The notes under the pieces: generated by a model
Seen by the model: the letters and a program-made list of their open reading frames with translations, nothing else
Database searches by the model: none
Told to the model about the DNA's origin: nothing
Made by a program: the position numbers and the translations under genes
NCBI GenBank assembly: GCA_009914755.4
Contig: CP068257.2
Span: 13,056,001-13,120,000, forward strand
Length of the DNA: 64,000 nt
Direction of reading: 5' to 3'
From: the human T2T-CHM13v2.0 reference genome, Homo sapiens
Shown: one piece after another, positions 46,737 to 59,996 of the stretch
How positions within the stretch are numbered: the first letter of the stretch is position 1
Layout of the letters: every line of letters starts with the position of its first letter

Positions 46737-46885
46737 ATATCTGAGTTATCTCATTTGTAAAATCAAGGTAATAATACTTTATTGGCTATGATGGGATTAA
46801 ATGTGCTTTTATGCATAAAGCATTCAAGAACAGTGCCTAGCACATGGTAAGTGTTCAATAGATAAGTAGTGTCACATTTAAAAAT
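46737..46885 (+). mobile_element. MIR SINE (core plus 3' region)
   Basis: 'tcatttgtaaaatcaaggtaataatactt...ggattaaatg...gcataaagcattcaagaacagtgcctagcacatggtaagtgttcaatagat', read against the MIR consensus 'cctcatctgtaaaatggggataataatagtacc...ggattaaatgagttaatacatgtaaagcgcttagaacagtgcctggcacatagtaagcgctcaataaatg'. Confidence 0.8.
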
Positions 46886-47333
46886 TGAAAGTTTACATGG
46901 ACATTGTATGCATTAATCATAATACACTATAAAAATAGCTTCCATAACAGGATTTCTAAATTGGATACAATAACAATTCTTATAATTATTAGGAGTAATT
47001 AGTATTAACAGAGAAGAAATAGAAACATTAAGCAAGTAATCCAAAATCATATAATGAATTGACAGCATGATTAAGTGCAAATGTTTCAAGAAAAGTTATA
47101 TCCTTTTAATTCCTTTTAAATTAAAATAACTGTCATAAAGAAGACTAGTCATCTTCTATAGTAAATATTTTTGAATTTTAGTAGGTAGAAACATGGGCTT
47201 AAAAATTTTTTAAATCACTTGGAAGATTTCACTTATTTCAGCTTTTTTAAACTGCTCCATCCACATAGAAAATAAACCTCCCAATACAACTAGCTCCAAA
47301 ATGTTTAGTAGGATGTTTAAGAATAAGAAAAAT

Positions 47334-47653
<320 letters not shown>

Positions 47654-49559
47654 CTAACAGCATCCATATTACCTCCTTATTGAAATAAACTTACTGGAAA
47701 ATGAAGCAACCCACAAGTAATACCTGAGTTGTATTTTGTGAGGAGTAGTAGGCAAGGTAACATTGAAAATGCAAAGGAAGGTATGATATATAAACAGGTA
47801 ATTAAGATAATATAGATATTCACATAATATCTTTGAGTATAGCTGAAGGACACCTAACTCAGCATGGCAGGGAGAGATTGGGCAAGAATTCCAGCATCAT
47901 AGTGGTCATCTTGGAATAAATGGAGAAATGGCATTGAGCTGAAGATGACTACAAGATAGCTGCCAATAGGGGCAGTGGAAAGGGATAGCTTAGGCAGCAG
48001 AGGTGTAGAAGACAGGCTTAAATGTGACAAAACTAGAGGCAGAGAGAGTAGTAAAAACAGCTATGATGATCCAGCCAGAATTAGCTAGTGGGGATAAAAG
48101 AAAAAGAGCAGAAAAAGTGGAGAAACACTTAAGCATTAAAAGTATTAGAACTATGGATGGGTAGATATGGAACTGTGGGAGAGGAAAAGGATTAGACAGC
48201 AATTCAGGAAGAGGAGCCATTTAGAGGGAAGATGACACATTCAGATTTCAAACTATTAGGATCAACGTGATGATAAGTGGTTGACGGAAGTTTGAATATA
48301 TAAATCTAGAGCATGGGGATTAAGGCTGGGCTGTATAGAAGTTGAAACAAGAGACTGGACAAGATCACCCATAGAGTATTAAAAATGACAAACGGGTAGG
48401 GAGAAGAAAGGGATAAAGTGAGGTATAAAAATATAGTCAGATAGAAGAAATAATCCCTCGTATTAAGTAAATCAGTAATTATAGTAAACAGTAACCTATT
48501 GTACATTTCAAAAGAGGTAGTGATGAATAATTACAATGTTTCCAGCATAAAGAAAATATGAATGTTTAAGGTGATGGATATCCAAATAACCCTGATTTGA
48601 TTATTACACATTATGTGAATGTATCGAAATGTCACATGTACCACAAACACATTTAAATTTATCGTGTATCAATAAAAAATATTTTGACCAATGACTTAGA
48701 GACAGAAGCCTGGAAAACATCAATATTAAAGGAAAAAACACATAGAAGAAACCCATGAAGGATCCAGAGGAGAGATGAGAACCAGCAAAAAACTGAGTTA
48801 CAGAAGATAAATGTGCAGAGATTCTAACATAGGGGAGGCTTTGATAAAAGCCCATTGAATATGCCAAAAAGAAATTAATTTGTGACCTTAGAGATGTCAG
48901 TGTCTGTATGGTGAGGGAACTAGGAAGATGAACAGATTGTAGTGAATTCCTCTGAGTAGGAGATGAATGTCTAGAAATACCTTAGAGTATTTCTCAGCTT
49001 ATACAGGCAAGAAATAGTGTCTCACCTAAGGTAATATCTCTGTAGTGAAACAAACATAGACAGAAGTGTTCAAAGTAAATGATGTGCAGAGACTAGATGG
49101 AGAAGTCTGGCCCAGATCGGAGACTACAGTTCAAGCTGGGATTATCAGCCTAATGAAATGCTTTACTTAGGAGAAAACAGAATTTCAAATGGAGAACTAA
49201 CCAATGACAAAAGAAAATGCATCATTATTTCAAACAGAAAACGAAGGACCCACAAGCAGAATTAGCAGTAATGTTGACTTTTGATGTCATGTCCTGCAAG
49301 TTACTCATAAAGGATTCCTTAAATACCCTAGACTAAGGGCAGGACAAGTTTCAGAGAATGAACTGGGCTTGAATGTGTCAGTAAAGATCAAGTTGCTCCA
49401 ACAAAAGGAAAGGAGGGTGGGCACAGGGAGCTCAGGAAGCATAGGAATAGATTGACAGGGGAAAACATGATTATACAAGTTTAATCTGCATAGATATGCA
49501 AGATGGACTTCACAGCTAAACTACTAGGACACATGAAAGAGTCAGGGAAGTAAATTATC

Positions 49560-49700
49560 CAATGGAATAAGAAATGGACAAAGGAAGAAAGAATAGCATG
49601 TCACAAGTCAAATACATGAGAGTTTCCATGCCTGGCACATAAGAATGTGGTAAAGTTTTTTTGAATGAAGAAATGAATGAGTAAACAAATTAATGAAAAA
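49560..49700 (+). mobile_element. L2/MIR 3'-terminal fragment (sense). It may be the end of a longer ancient LINE covering the purine-rich ~47.7-49.6 kb stretch
   Basis: '...gtttccatgcctggcacataagaatgtggtaaagtttttttgaatgaagaaatgaatgagtaaac', read against the L2 3' end '...gcctggcacatagtaggtgctcaataaatatttgttgaatgaatgaa'. Confidence 0.4.
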
Positions 49701-50944
49701 AATAATAAATGCAAAGACTGGTCACAGTTTTATTGTTTCACTTTATCTAAATTAAGACAGAAACACAGTATCCATCCTTCATCTAAAATTTCCATTTTTA
49801 AATTATGCATGGATTATCCCCCTCACCCCCAAATTTCTCTAGACAAGAGTTGACTTTATAAAAGAAAATTAAAAGTTACTTAAGTTTTATTTATTTGGAA
49901 AATTGAAAAGAATTAGTGGAAGCCATTGATGAAAATCACTTACAAACATAAAGAATTAGTTTTCCTTTACTATTGTCCTACTTTTCAGTTTCCTCTCAGT
50001 AGGAAAGTTATTAATCTGTTGTGTTTTATTGTAGGATCATAATTGTACATTTAATTATACATACAACCTGCACTAAGCATACCCTCACTAAATGGCATAC
50101 CTTAATAAAGACGATAGAACATGCCTCTATAACCTAGCAAGGTCAATCTGTGAGAAGAATAAATAAAAACGTAATTTAGTAACTGCTAGAATAATCTGAG
50201 AAGGTAGAAATGAAGATCATGTCTGGAGGACAAAATGATTTTTAAAAAATAGAAAATGATGAGGTCACAAGGTAAATGATGAAAAAGGCTGGATTTGGAG
50301 TCAGAAGACAGTTCTTGTTCTGTGATTTACCTTGTAGTCTAGGACAAACCATTTAATGTGTCTTGCTTTGTTTTCCTCATCCACTATGCAGAAGCCATAG
50401 TGATCTTTTTAAAACATAAATCAAATCACATCGCTTCCCTGCCTAAAATCCTCCAATAGTTTCTTCTTACAATTGGAATAAAATCTAACCCCATCCTCGT
50501 GACCTTCAGCATTGTGAACATGAACGGAACCCTGCCTACCTCTTTAAACTCCTTTCTTTTCCTTTTTCCTTTTATTCACTGTTCCTAGATTGTTCTTAAA
50601 CCCTGTGAAGCTCACATTTGCTGTTTGTCTGCCTGAAATACTGAGTTCTAGGTCCTCTTGTTGTTGAATATTTCTTGTTGTTTAGGTGTCAGCTCAGATG
50701 CTACCTGCTCAGAGATGCCTTACTTTACTTTCTATAGAAAAATAGCTACCTTACTCTCATTTACCAATCTCTTTCAAATAACTATAACTTATTTTCGTTT
50801 AACTAAGTATAGAAAATAATATATATTATTTATTATTTATGTCTATATATTGTGTGTGTCCTCCTATCAAACATCTCCTTGCCTATCTTGTTCATCACTG
50901 AAATCTTTGACTCTGGCTAACAATTTGCTTCACAAGAATTTGTA

Positions 50945-51075
50945 GATGAAAGGAGAAAAAAGGAAAAAAAAGGAGAGGAGAGAACAGGAAAGGAGAGAAG
51001 AGGAGAAGAAAGGAAAGGAATGAAAGGGGAAGGAAAAAAGAGGAAGAAAGGGAGGGAGAAAACAAATAAATAAAA
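50945..51075. repeat. Polypurine (GA-rich) low-complexity tract, ~130 bp, essentially all purine on the + strand
   Basis: Direct read: 'aggagaaaaaaggaaaaaaaaggagaggagagaacaggaaaggagagaagaggagaagaaaggaaaggaatgaaaggggaaggaaaaaagaggaagaaagggagggagaaaacaaataaataaaa'. Explains the L/S/F-rich minus-strand ORFs 50895/50930. Confidence 0.85.
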
Positions 51076-52599
51076 TACTTAGGCAATAAAATGAGAAAAA
51101 ATATGAGAAACTATACTGGGAAAAAACTATCAAGGCATTGTTTTAATATCACTTCATGCTTGAATATATTTAAATACCACAAACTTGTTATGATTTAAAG
51201 GAACTCAAAAGACTATTGTTTTCGTTCTCTTGATATTTCAGTGAAGCCTGCAAAATGTATATGTGGGGAAGTGCGAGTAGATGTGTGATTTAATTTTTGT
51301 GCTTTATTTGGGTGAAACTGGAGTATGAAGAAACATAAGAGACACCCTCAGAGCACAATCAAGATGTCAGCATTCACAAACCCATGTGCTCCCCCTCTAA
51401 ATTATACTCCTCCAGATGGCTTGGTTAATTTTGAAGTGGATAAAGCTAACAGTGCCAGATCACACCCAAGCAGTATAAAACTGTATAAGAACACAATAAA
51501 ACAGTAATAAACAATAGACTATTTTAGTGGCATATGGCAGATACTGAGTCAGGCCAGCCTCAAATGTAATCTTTGGATTCTGTTTAAAAATCAGTGTCTG
51601 AATTATAGCATTAGCATTCAAAGCACTCCTGTAAGCAGTAAGCAACTATTCTAAAGAAGAGAAAGGAAGGGTCAGATAAAGGAGAAAAGGAAAACACAAT
51701 GGTCACTGGAGAAGAAAGATAAACAAGAAATAATAAGCAGTGCTTGCATGACAATCTACAAGGGGAAATATAGAATTCATGAAAGCATTCAACAGGAAGA
51801 GATGGCAACAAGTAGACCAATATGAAGGAAATGGGTATGGGAACTCCCAGCAAGAAGGGGAGCAAAGGAGAAAGAGGAAAATACACACAAACAAAATAAC
51901 AATTCCTCCCTTCTCTGAATATCTGGACATAAAATTTATTGTCTTCCATTAAAATGACAAAAATTGTATGTTGCATCATCAAAGTTGGAAATATATTGTT
52001 AAAACCTTAACTCTGCAATCCCTAAGTAAAAATTCCCTCTTCTGAACATGTCTTCACCCCTACACTAAACCCAACCATCTTCTCCTGGGAGAGGGATGTT
52101 TCAGAACAATGAGAGATCTGTTCAAATTGCTGAAATTAAAGCTTCCAAGTGAAGAGCCCAAGATATAGCCCCCTTTTATCTACTTATATCCTATTTATAG
52201 TACGCATTTCAATGTAAACAAGACTTCCTCCATACCAAGTAGAGATTGTACACCTAGACACTAAATAAAAAAGTATTTTTTCCAGAAAAATACTTTTCAA
52301 GTGAGAATTTTGTTAATGGATAGTTTCTTGATAACATGAGTGATCTGAATAAAGTTAGTTATCCACATAATTAACTATATATGGCTGAATAGGAAGTCCC
52401 AGCCTTCATTCCCACACAGAAACATGAATTGCTCACAAATGTACACACTAAACATTTTTATATGAATTCCAGACTTCAATTAAGATGTTGCAGTATTCCA
52501 AGTGTGCACAAAGTACAGAATAGTCAAATTGAATTGAGTTAAGAAGAGCAATTTCATTTACCTGCATCAGCCTCTCCCCCAAGTTAGCACAGCTCAGTG

Positions 52600-53340
52600 C
52601 CAAGACAGAATGCCTCTTCACATCTTTTTCCTCTGGGAGAAAAGAATAGAGCATGCCTCCAACATTCCAGCTTTTCAGAGAGCTGCCCAAGAAACAGGTC
52701 TCTTACTTCCTTGATTGGTGTGCCCACAGAACTAGCATAATTTGAATGTCTGGGGGTCACTGAGGACAATGGAAAGCAGCAGGTGGCTTGATATGGTTGG
52801 CACAGCATGGCACAATTGGGGGAGGAAGTGCACAAGTTAAGACTTCTTCCTTGGCAAGGAGGGAGAAGAGTGGAGCATGTGTTGGCATTCTGGCTCTTCA
52901 GAGGGCTGCCCAAGGGACTAGTCTCTGTCTTGCCTCACTTGGAGCACTCATGGAACTAGCATAGTTTCGATGCCTTGGAGCCACTGAGAGCAAAAGTTAA
53001 AAAAAAAGGCAGTAGGCAGTTTGCTATAGCTACCATACCTCAGTAAAATCAAGAGAAGATGCACAACTCAAGGCTTCTCCTTCAAGAGGGAAGGAGAAAG
53101 GAGCGAGAAATGAGTCTGTCATTCTAGCTTCTTGGAACACCAGCTTCTGAGAAACTGATATCTGTCTCACCTTACTCAGTGTACTGATAGGAAGCTTGCA
53201 TGCCCTGGATATTTGCCAGCCACTGACAACAAAAGAGAGTGGGAAACTTGCAGCTGTAGAACCAGATAACTTGTGGTGGCACAGACAGACATCAGAAAAG
53301 ATAATGAGTTCCTGAGGGGAAACAAAAAACACAGTAAGCC
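52600..53340 (+). repeat. Tandem ~230-bp repeats within the L1 5'UTR, about three units
   Basis: Three successive related units begin '(g)agcatg(c/t)...ccagcttttcagag(a/g)gctgcccaag...ctagcata(a/g)ttt(g/c)a(a/t)tg(t/c)ct(t/g)gg...cactga...'. They produce the three mutually similar minus-strand ORFs 52448-52690, 52584-52913 and 53030-53332. Confidence 0.6.
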
Positions 53341-54456
53341 TCTCTGAGAAATTGCATGCACAGGCCCAGATACCCCAAAAAGTTTCAGAGGATTCCAGAA
53401 TCTCTTTATGGGCTACTTAGTGGGAGTCTTATCTAAACAAAGCCAGTCTGAAGACTGGGAGAAGTGACAGATCCTAATACAAAGCCACAAGGTGCATGAA
53501 AAAACAAGGAAACATGGCTCAATCAAAGGAATAAACTAAATCTCCAGAAACTGGATCTACAAAGAGGTATGTGGACAACTTGAAAGAGAATTCAAAATAA
53601 TTGTCATAAAGATGCCCACTGAGCTCAAAGAAATAACAAACGAACAGAATAAAGTATTAAGAAAGATACAGAAAATATAAAAAAGAAGTTTTGGAGCTGA
53701 AAAAGAAAATAAACTGCAAAACTCACTAGAGAAGTTTAATGGCAGACTTGATATTCAGAAGAAAACATCAGCAAACTTGAATATGAGTCATGTGAAATTA
53801 TCTGCTAGAGGCTCAAAATGAAAAAAGAATGACAAAGAATAAAGAAAACCTAAGGGACATACAAGGCACCATCAAATGGACCAATATTTGCATTATTGTT
53901 GTTTCAGAAGGGGAAGAGAGAGAGAATGGGGCAGAAACATTACTTAATAAAATAATGGCTGAAAACTTCCCAAATGTAAGGATGGAAATGGACATCTAGA
54001 TTTGAGAAACTCTGCACGCTCCAACTAAGATGAATTCAAAGAAATACACACCAAGCAACATCATAATCAAATTGTCAAAAGTCAAAGAAAAACAATTTTG
54101 AAAGCACCAGGAGAAAAGCAACTTGTTATGAACAAGAGACTAACACCAGATTTCTCAGAAGAAACCTTCCAAGACAGAAGAGAAGTGGGATGATATATCA
54201 AAACACTGACAGAAAAAAAACCTGCCAGTCACGAATACTGTATCCAGAAAAACTATCCTTTAGTAATTAAGGAAAAATACTCTCCCAGATAAAGAAAAGC
54301 TGAGGGAATTCATCATCAGTAGACCGCCTTACAAGAAGTTCTAAAGGGAGTTTATCAAGTTGAAATGAATGGATGCTAAACAGCAGCATGAAAGCATACA
54401 TAAATACAAAGCTCACTGGTAAAGGTAAATACATAAAAACATAAAGAATACTATTG

Positions 54457-54820
54457 CTGTGATCTGAATGTTTGTGTGCATTCAAAGTTGATTTGTTGTC
54501 ATCTTAACCCCCAAGATAATGGTATGAGGAAGTGGGGCCTTTGGGAGACAATTAGGTCATGGGAGCCAAGCCTTCATAAATGGGATTAATGCTTTTACAA
54601 AAGAGGCCCCTGTGATCTTGCTTGCCTCTTCTGCTATGTGAGAACACAGAGAGAAGGCATAGTCTATGAATAGGAAGTGGGCCCTCATCAGATACCAAAT
54701 CTCTTGATACCTTCACCTTAAACTACCCAGCCTCCAGAACCATGACAAATAATTGTTTGTTGTTTATAAGCTACACAGCTTATGGTATTTTATTACAGCA
54801 GCCTTAACAAACTAAGACAA
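54457..54820 (+). mobile_element. MLT1-class MaLR solo LTR inserted in L1 ORF1
   Basis: 'tgtgatctgaatgtttgtgtgcattcaaagttgatttgttgtcatcttaacccccaagataatggtatgaggaagtggggcctttgggagacaattaggtcatgggagc...ccagcctccagaaccatgacaaataattgtttgttgtttataagctacacagcttatggtattttattacagcagccttaacaaactaagacaa'. Same family as the copies at 34203 and 46313. Confidence 0.75.
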
Positions 54821-56504
54821 CTGTAATATTGTAACAATGCTGTATAAATCTTTTAATTATTGTATAAAAGTTAAAAGATAAAAGTATAAGAAATAATTAT
54901 AAAAATCTAGCAATGGGTATACAATATAAAAAGATGTAATTTGTGACATCAATAGCATAAAGTATGGGGGAAGTTATCAGTGTAAAGTAGATTATTTTAA
55001 CAATAACATGTTTTATGTAAGTTTTATGGCAACCACAATGAAAGTACCTATATAGCAGATATTCAAAAGAAAATGAGAAAGAAATCAAAACATGCCACTA
55101 CAAAAAAGTCAGAAAAATACAAAGTAAGACAGTGAGAGCAAAAGTGAGTCAAAAAGCTATGAGACAGCTAAAAAGCAATTTAAGAAGTGGCAATAGTAAG
55201 TCCTTTCCTATCAATAATTACTTTAAATGTAAATAAATTTAACTCTCGATTAAAAGACTGATATAGTGGCTGAATGGATTTAAAGAAAACAAGACTCAAC
55301 TATATGCTGTATACAAGAAACTCACTTTGGACTTTAAGACCCACACAGGCTGAAAGTGAAAGGATAGAAAAAATAATCCACACAAATTGTAGTCAAAAAA
55401 GACAGCAAGAGTGGCCAAATTTATATCAGACAGAGTAGATTTTAAGTCAAGAACTGTCCAAAAAGACAAAGAAGGACAAAGACATTATATAATGATATAA
55501 GGGTCAATCTGCCAGGAATATGTAACAATTATAAATATACATGTGCCCATAATCAGAGCACCCAAATACAGGAAGCAATCAATGAAAGAATTTAATAGAG
55601 AAATAGACAACACACAATAACAGTAGGGAATTTCAATATACCACACTCAATAATTGATAGAACATCCAGACAGAAGATCAATAAGGAAATAAATAAATAA
55701 GAGGATTTGAACCAGACTATAGATCAAATGGAACTGACAGACATTTGCAGAACATTCCACCTTGCAGCAGCAGAATACATATTTTTCCCAAGCATGCATG
55801 AAACATTCTCCAGAATAGATCACATGTTAAGTCACAAAGAAGTCTTAACAAATTTAAGAAGATTCAAACTGTGCCAATTATATTTTCCAACAACAATGGA
55901 ATGAAACGAAAAGCAAAGGAAAATGGAAAAGTTCTTAGATATGTGAATATTAAACAACACACTCTTGAATAATCAATGAGTCAAAGAATAAATCAGAAGG
56001 TAAACTTTAGAAAAATATTTTGAGACAAATAAAGATGAAAAGAGAACATAACAAAATATATAGGATGCACCATGACCAAGTCAGATTTATCCCTGGGTTA
56101 CACGGATGGCCAAAATACAAAAATAATCAATATGAGACACCACATTAACAGAATAAAGGATAAAAATTACATTATTATCACAATATATGCAGAAAAAGCA
56201 TCTGAAACATTTAACACCCTTTCATGATAAAAACACTCAATAAACTAATAGAAGAAAATTACCTCAACATAATACAGGCTACAGTTAATGTCATGCTATA
56301 CAGTGAAAAACTGAAAGCTTTTCCTCTAAGATCAGGAATCAGTTAAGGATGCCCACTCTGACCACTTTCATTCAACATACTACTGGAAGTCCTAGCCAGA
56401 GAAATTAGGCAAGAAATATAATAAAAAGGCATCCAAATCAGAAAGAAAGAAAAACAAATTTTCACTGTTGGCAGATAATATGACGCTGTATGTAGAAAAC
56501 CTTG

Positions 56505-56540
56505 ACAATTACACACACACAGACACACACACACATACAC
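56505..56540. repeat. Imperfect (CA)n microsatellite inside L1 ORF2
   Basis: Direct read: 'acacacacacagacacacacacacatacacaaacc'. Confidence 0.85.
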
Positions 56541-56765
56541 AAACCATTAGAACTAATAAACCAATTACGCAAAGTTGCAGGATACAAAATCAACACACAA
56601 AAATCAGTTGAGTATATGTACATTACCAGTGAACAATTGGAAACAAAAATGAAGAAGACAGTCCATTTACAACTGAATACAAAAGAATAAAATTCTTAGT
56701 AATAATCTAAACTGAGAAGTATTATAAAATATCTAGACACTGAAATCTATAAAAGATTGCTAAAA

Positions 56766-56790
56766 CACGCACACACACACACACACACAA
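56766..56790. repeat. (CA)n microsatellite at the 5' junction of the POLR2C pseudogene
   Basis: Direct read: 'cacgcacacacacacacacacacaa', immediately followed by the pseudogene sequence. Confidence 0.85.
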
Positions 56791-56794
56791 ATAG

Positions 56795-58470
56795 GGGGCA
56801 TGATGCCATAAGCCAACCAGCCCACAATGTCAAGTTTATCATCCAGAACACCAATGCGGCAGTGGCCATTTCGATTCGGAGTGTCTTCTTCTCTGAGGTG
56901 CCCATAATAGTCATTGACTGGGTTCAAATTGATGCCAATTCCTCAGTTCTTCATGATGAGTTCATGGCTCACAAACTTAGATTAATTCCCCTCATTAGTG
57001 AGGACATTGTGGACAAGCTGCTATCCTCCCGGGACTGCCCATGTGAAGAGTTCTGCTGAGTGCTTGGTGGAGTTCACCCTCGATGTGCAGTGCAATGATG
57101 ACCAGATTTGACATGTCACATCTTGAGACCTCATCTCCAACAGCCCCCAGGTCATTCCAGTGAAACAAGATGATGACCCTAATGACTACGTGGAGCAGGA
57201 TGACATTCTCATCATCAAGTTGAGAAAGGGCCAGGAGCTGAGACTTTGAGCCTATACAAAAAAGTGTTTTAGCAAGGAGCATGCCAAGTTGAACCTTACT
57301 GCAGGGGTGGCTTTTGAATACAATCCAGACAATGCCATGAGGCATGCAGTGTACCCCAAACCCAAGGAGTGGCCAAAGAGTGAGCACTTGGAGCTGGATG
57401 AGGATGAGTCACAGGTGCCCTGTGACCCCATGGGCAAGCCAGAAAGGTTTTACTACAACATGAATTCCTAAGGCTCTCTGTGTCCTTAAGCCATGTGCTC
57501 TTAGCCCTCACTGGATTGAAGAAGAAGCTGAGTGATTTAAAAACTCAATTAAGCCACGAGATCCAGAGTGACATGCTAACTATAAACTAGCTGCAGCTTG
57601 CTGCTTCAGCAAGAATGGGGATTCAAGCCAGCAGCTGGATTTGGGGGGTCTCTCTTGAGACTCTTCTAGTTTTTGGAAATCTAGTCTACTGTTGCTTGAG
57701 CTTCTTGGCAGGTCATCAGTACCAACTAGAAGCGGGTAATAGATTACTAGGGATGCCAGCGGCATTTAAGCAGGACAGTTTTTTACTGGCCCTAACTGCT
57801 AATCGCCAGCAGTGCTCCACAGATCCTAAAACATCCCTTTTAGCCTGTTTCCTAATGCGTCTGTAGGGGAGCCAACCGGACTTCTCTCCTGGTTAGTTCA
57901 GTTCTTTACTTTAAACGCTTTCTGTCCAAAAGGAATAATTTCAGTTGTACCTTAGATTTCTGGTATTAGGATTGAATGTCACAGCCTTCATTCAAAGGGC
58001 CTATAAACCCTTCCAGTTCTTTCCCCAAGTCTGTCCTACTAGCACTTCAAATTCACAGGCATCTTTAATTTGAGAAGTAACCTTCTGGGAAGAGCATCAG
58101 GCCATGGCTGTGCCCTCTCCCCTATGTAGATACAATATTTCACTCTCTACCCAGCAGTTACAAACCCCTTCACCACCAATACCTGATTATTTAGTTTGGT
58201 GATGGTGGTGGTGGTAGTGGTGGCAGTGGCCAGCAGGAGCAAGGGCCCCTCCCACATACACAGAAGTATTTCATTTCTCCCAAATGAAGGCTCTGGCCCT
58301 GACCTCTTAACACTGTCTCCAGGGAGGAACATACACAAAGCAGTTAATTAGCAGCCTGGAAAAAACACAGAAAGAAAGAGATATTTATTGATTAACAGAA
58401 GTTGTGTTTTTAAAAGTGTTTATTTTTGGCAATGAAGAGCACAACATAATCTCAAAAAAGTTAAAAAAAG
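56795..58470 (+). pseudogene. POLR2C: Processed (retrotransposed) pseudogene of POLR2C (RNA polymerase II subunit RPB3). CDS remnant at ~56803-57590, 3'UTR to ~58450, then an A-rich tail remnant
   Basis: Intronless. ORFs 56757..57059 ('...[77 protein letters not shown]') and 57289..57471 ('[59 protein letters not shown]') align to human RPB3 ('[77 protein letters not shown]...[60 protein letters not shown]'). The C-terminus reads '...[24 protein letters not shown]'. Codon 3 is a stop (atg cca taa). There is an N-terminal deletion, a 2-nt frameshift after CEEFC, and several TGA stops. The remnant lies inside L1 ORF2. Confidence 0.9.
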
Positions 58471-59696
58471 AAAAGAAGACACAAATAAATGGAAAGACTT
58501 CCCACGTTCATGGATTAGAAGACATTGTTCAAATGTCCATACCACCCAAAGTCTACACATTTAATGCAATTCCTATTAAAGTCATAGTGACATTTTTTGC
58601 AGAAATTGACAAAACAATTCTAAAAATTGTACAGAAGTACAAATGACCCCAAAGTAGCCTAAACAATCTTGACAAAAAGAGCAAAACTGGAGGCCTCAAA
58701 CTTTTTAACTTTAGAACATATTACAAAGCTATAGTCATCAAAAGACCATGGTACTGGAATAAAGATAGACATATAGGCTAATGGAACAATACTGAGAGTC
58801 CAGAAATAAACCCACACATATACAGTCAAATGATCTTTGACAGGATGCCAAGAGTACACAATGGGAAAAGGATAGTATCAAAAAATTGGTGCTGGAAAAA
58901 CTAGATATTCACATTCAAAAAGAATAAAATTGGATCCTTATTTTATATCATGCACAAAAATCAACTCAAAATAGATTAAAGACTTAAACATAAGACATGA
59001 ATTTATAAAACTCCAAGAAGGCAACATAGGGTAAAATTTTCATAACATTTGTCTTGGCAATTAATTCTTGGATATGACACCAAAAGCACAAGTAACAAAA
59101 GCAAAAATAGACAAATGGATTTACATCAAATGAAAAAGCCAGAAACTAAAAATCTTCTGCATAGTGAAGGAAATAATCAACCGAGTACAAAAGCAACCTA
59201 CAGAATGAGAGAAAATATTTGTAAACCATATATCTGACAGGGGGTTAATATAAAAATATACAAGAAACTCAATAGCAGAAAATAAAAATAAAAATAACTA
59301 TCTTCAAAGAAGAGATACAAATGACCGACAGGCATATGAAAAGACATTCTTCACTAATCATTAGAGAAATGCAAATCAAAACCACACTGAGGTATCATCT
59401 CACACTCATTATGATGGTCATTATAAAAAATTAAAAATTAAAAAAATAAAGTGTTGGCAAGGATGTGGAAAAATTTGAACCGTGTGCACTACTGGTAAGA
59501 ATATAAAATGATGTTGCCACTATAAAAAAAACAGCATAGAGATTGATAGAAAAATTAAAAATAAAAACTACCATTTGATCCAGCAATCCCACTTCTGGGC
59601 ATTTATCCAAAAGAGCTGAAATCAGGACATGGAAGATATTTGCCCTTCCGTGTTCATTGCAGCATTATTCACAATAGATAAGAATTAGAAACAACT

Positions 59697-59996
59697 GGTC
59701 GGGAGCGGTGGCTCATGCCTGTAATCCCAGCATTTTGGGAGGCCGAGGCGGGCAGATCACGAGGTCAGGAGATTGAGACCATCCTGGCTAACATGGTGAA
59801 ACACCATCTCTACTAAAAATAAATAAATAAAAAAATTAGCCGAGCGCGGTGGCAGGCAGGTGCCTGTAATCCCAGCTACTCCGGAGGCAGAGGCAGGAGA
59901 ATGGCGTGAACCCAGGACGGCGAGCTTGCAGTGAGCCGAGATCACGCCACTGAACTCCAGCCTGGGTGACAGAGCGAGATTCCGTCTCAAAAAAAG
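59697..59996 (+). mobile_element. AluY-like SINE inserted in the L1 ORF2 C-terminal region
   Basis: 'ggtcgggagcggtggctcatgcctgtaatcccagcattttgggaggccgaggcgggcagatcacgaggtcaggagattgagaccatcctggctaacatggtgaaacaccatctctact...'. Perfect 16-bp TSD 'aagaattagaaacaac' at 59680-59695 and 59997-60012. Confidence 0.95.

Noticed and set aside
52448-53332. Three mutually similar minus-strand ORFs (80, 109 and 100 aa) that look like a small paralogous family
   Set aside because: The similarity comes from the ~230-bp tandem repeat units of the L1 5'UTR, read on the antisense strand. It is repeat periodicity, not gene duplication.
56757-57471. ORFs of 100 and 60 aa with strong RPB3 similarity. Could this be a functional POLR2C paralog?
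   Set aside because: The remnant is intronless. It has a stop at codon 3, an N-terminal deletion, a 2-nt frameshift and multiple TGA codons. The reading frame is broken into at least three pieces, so I call it a processed pseudogene.
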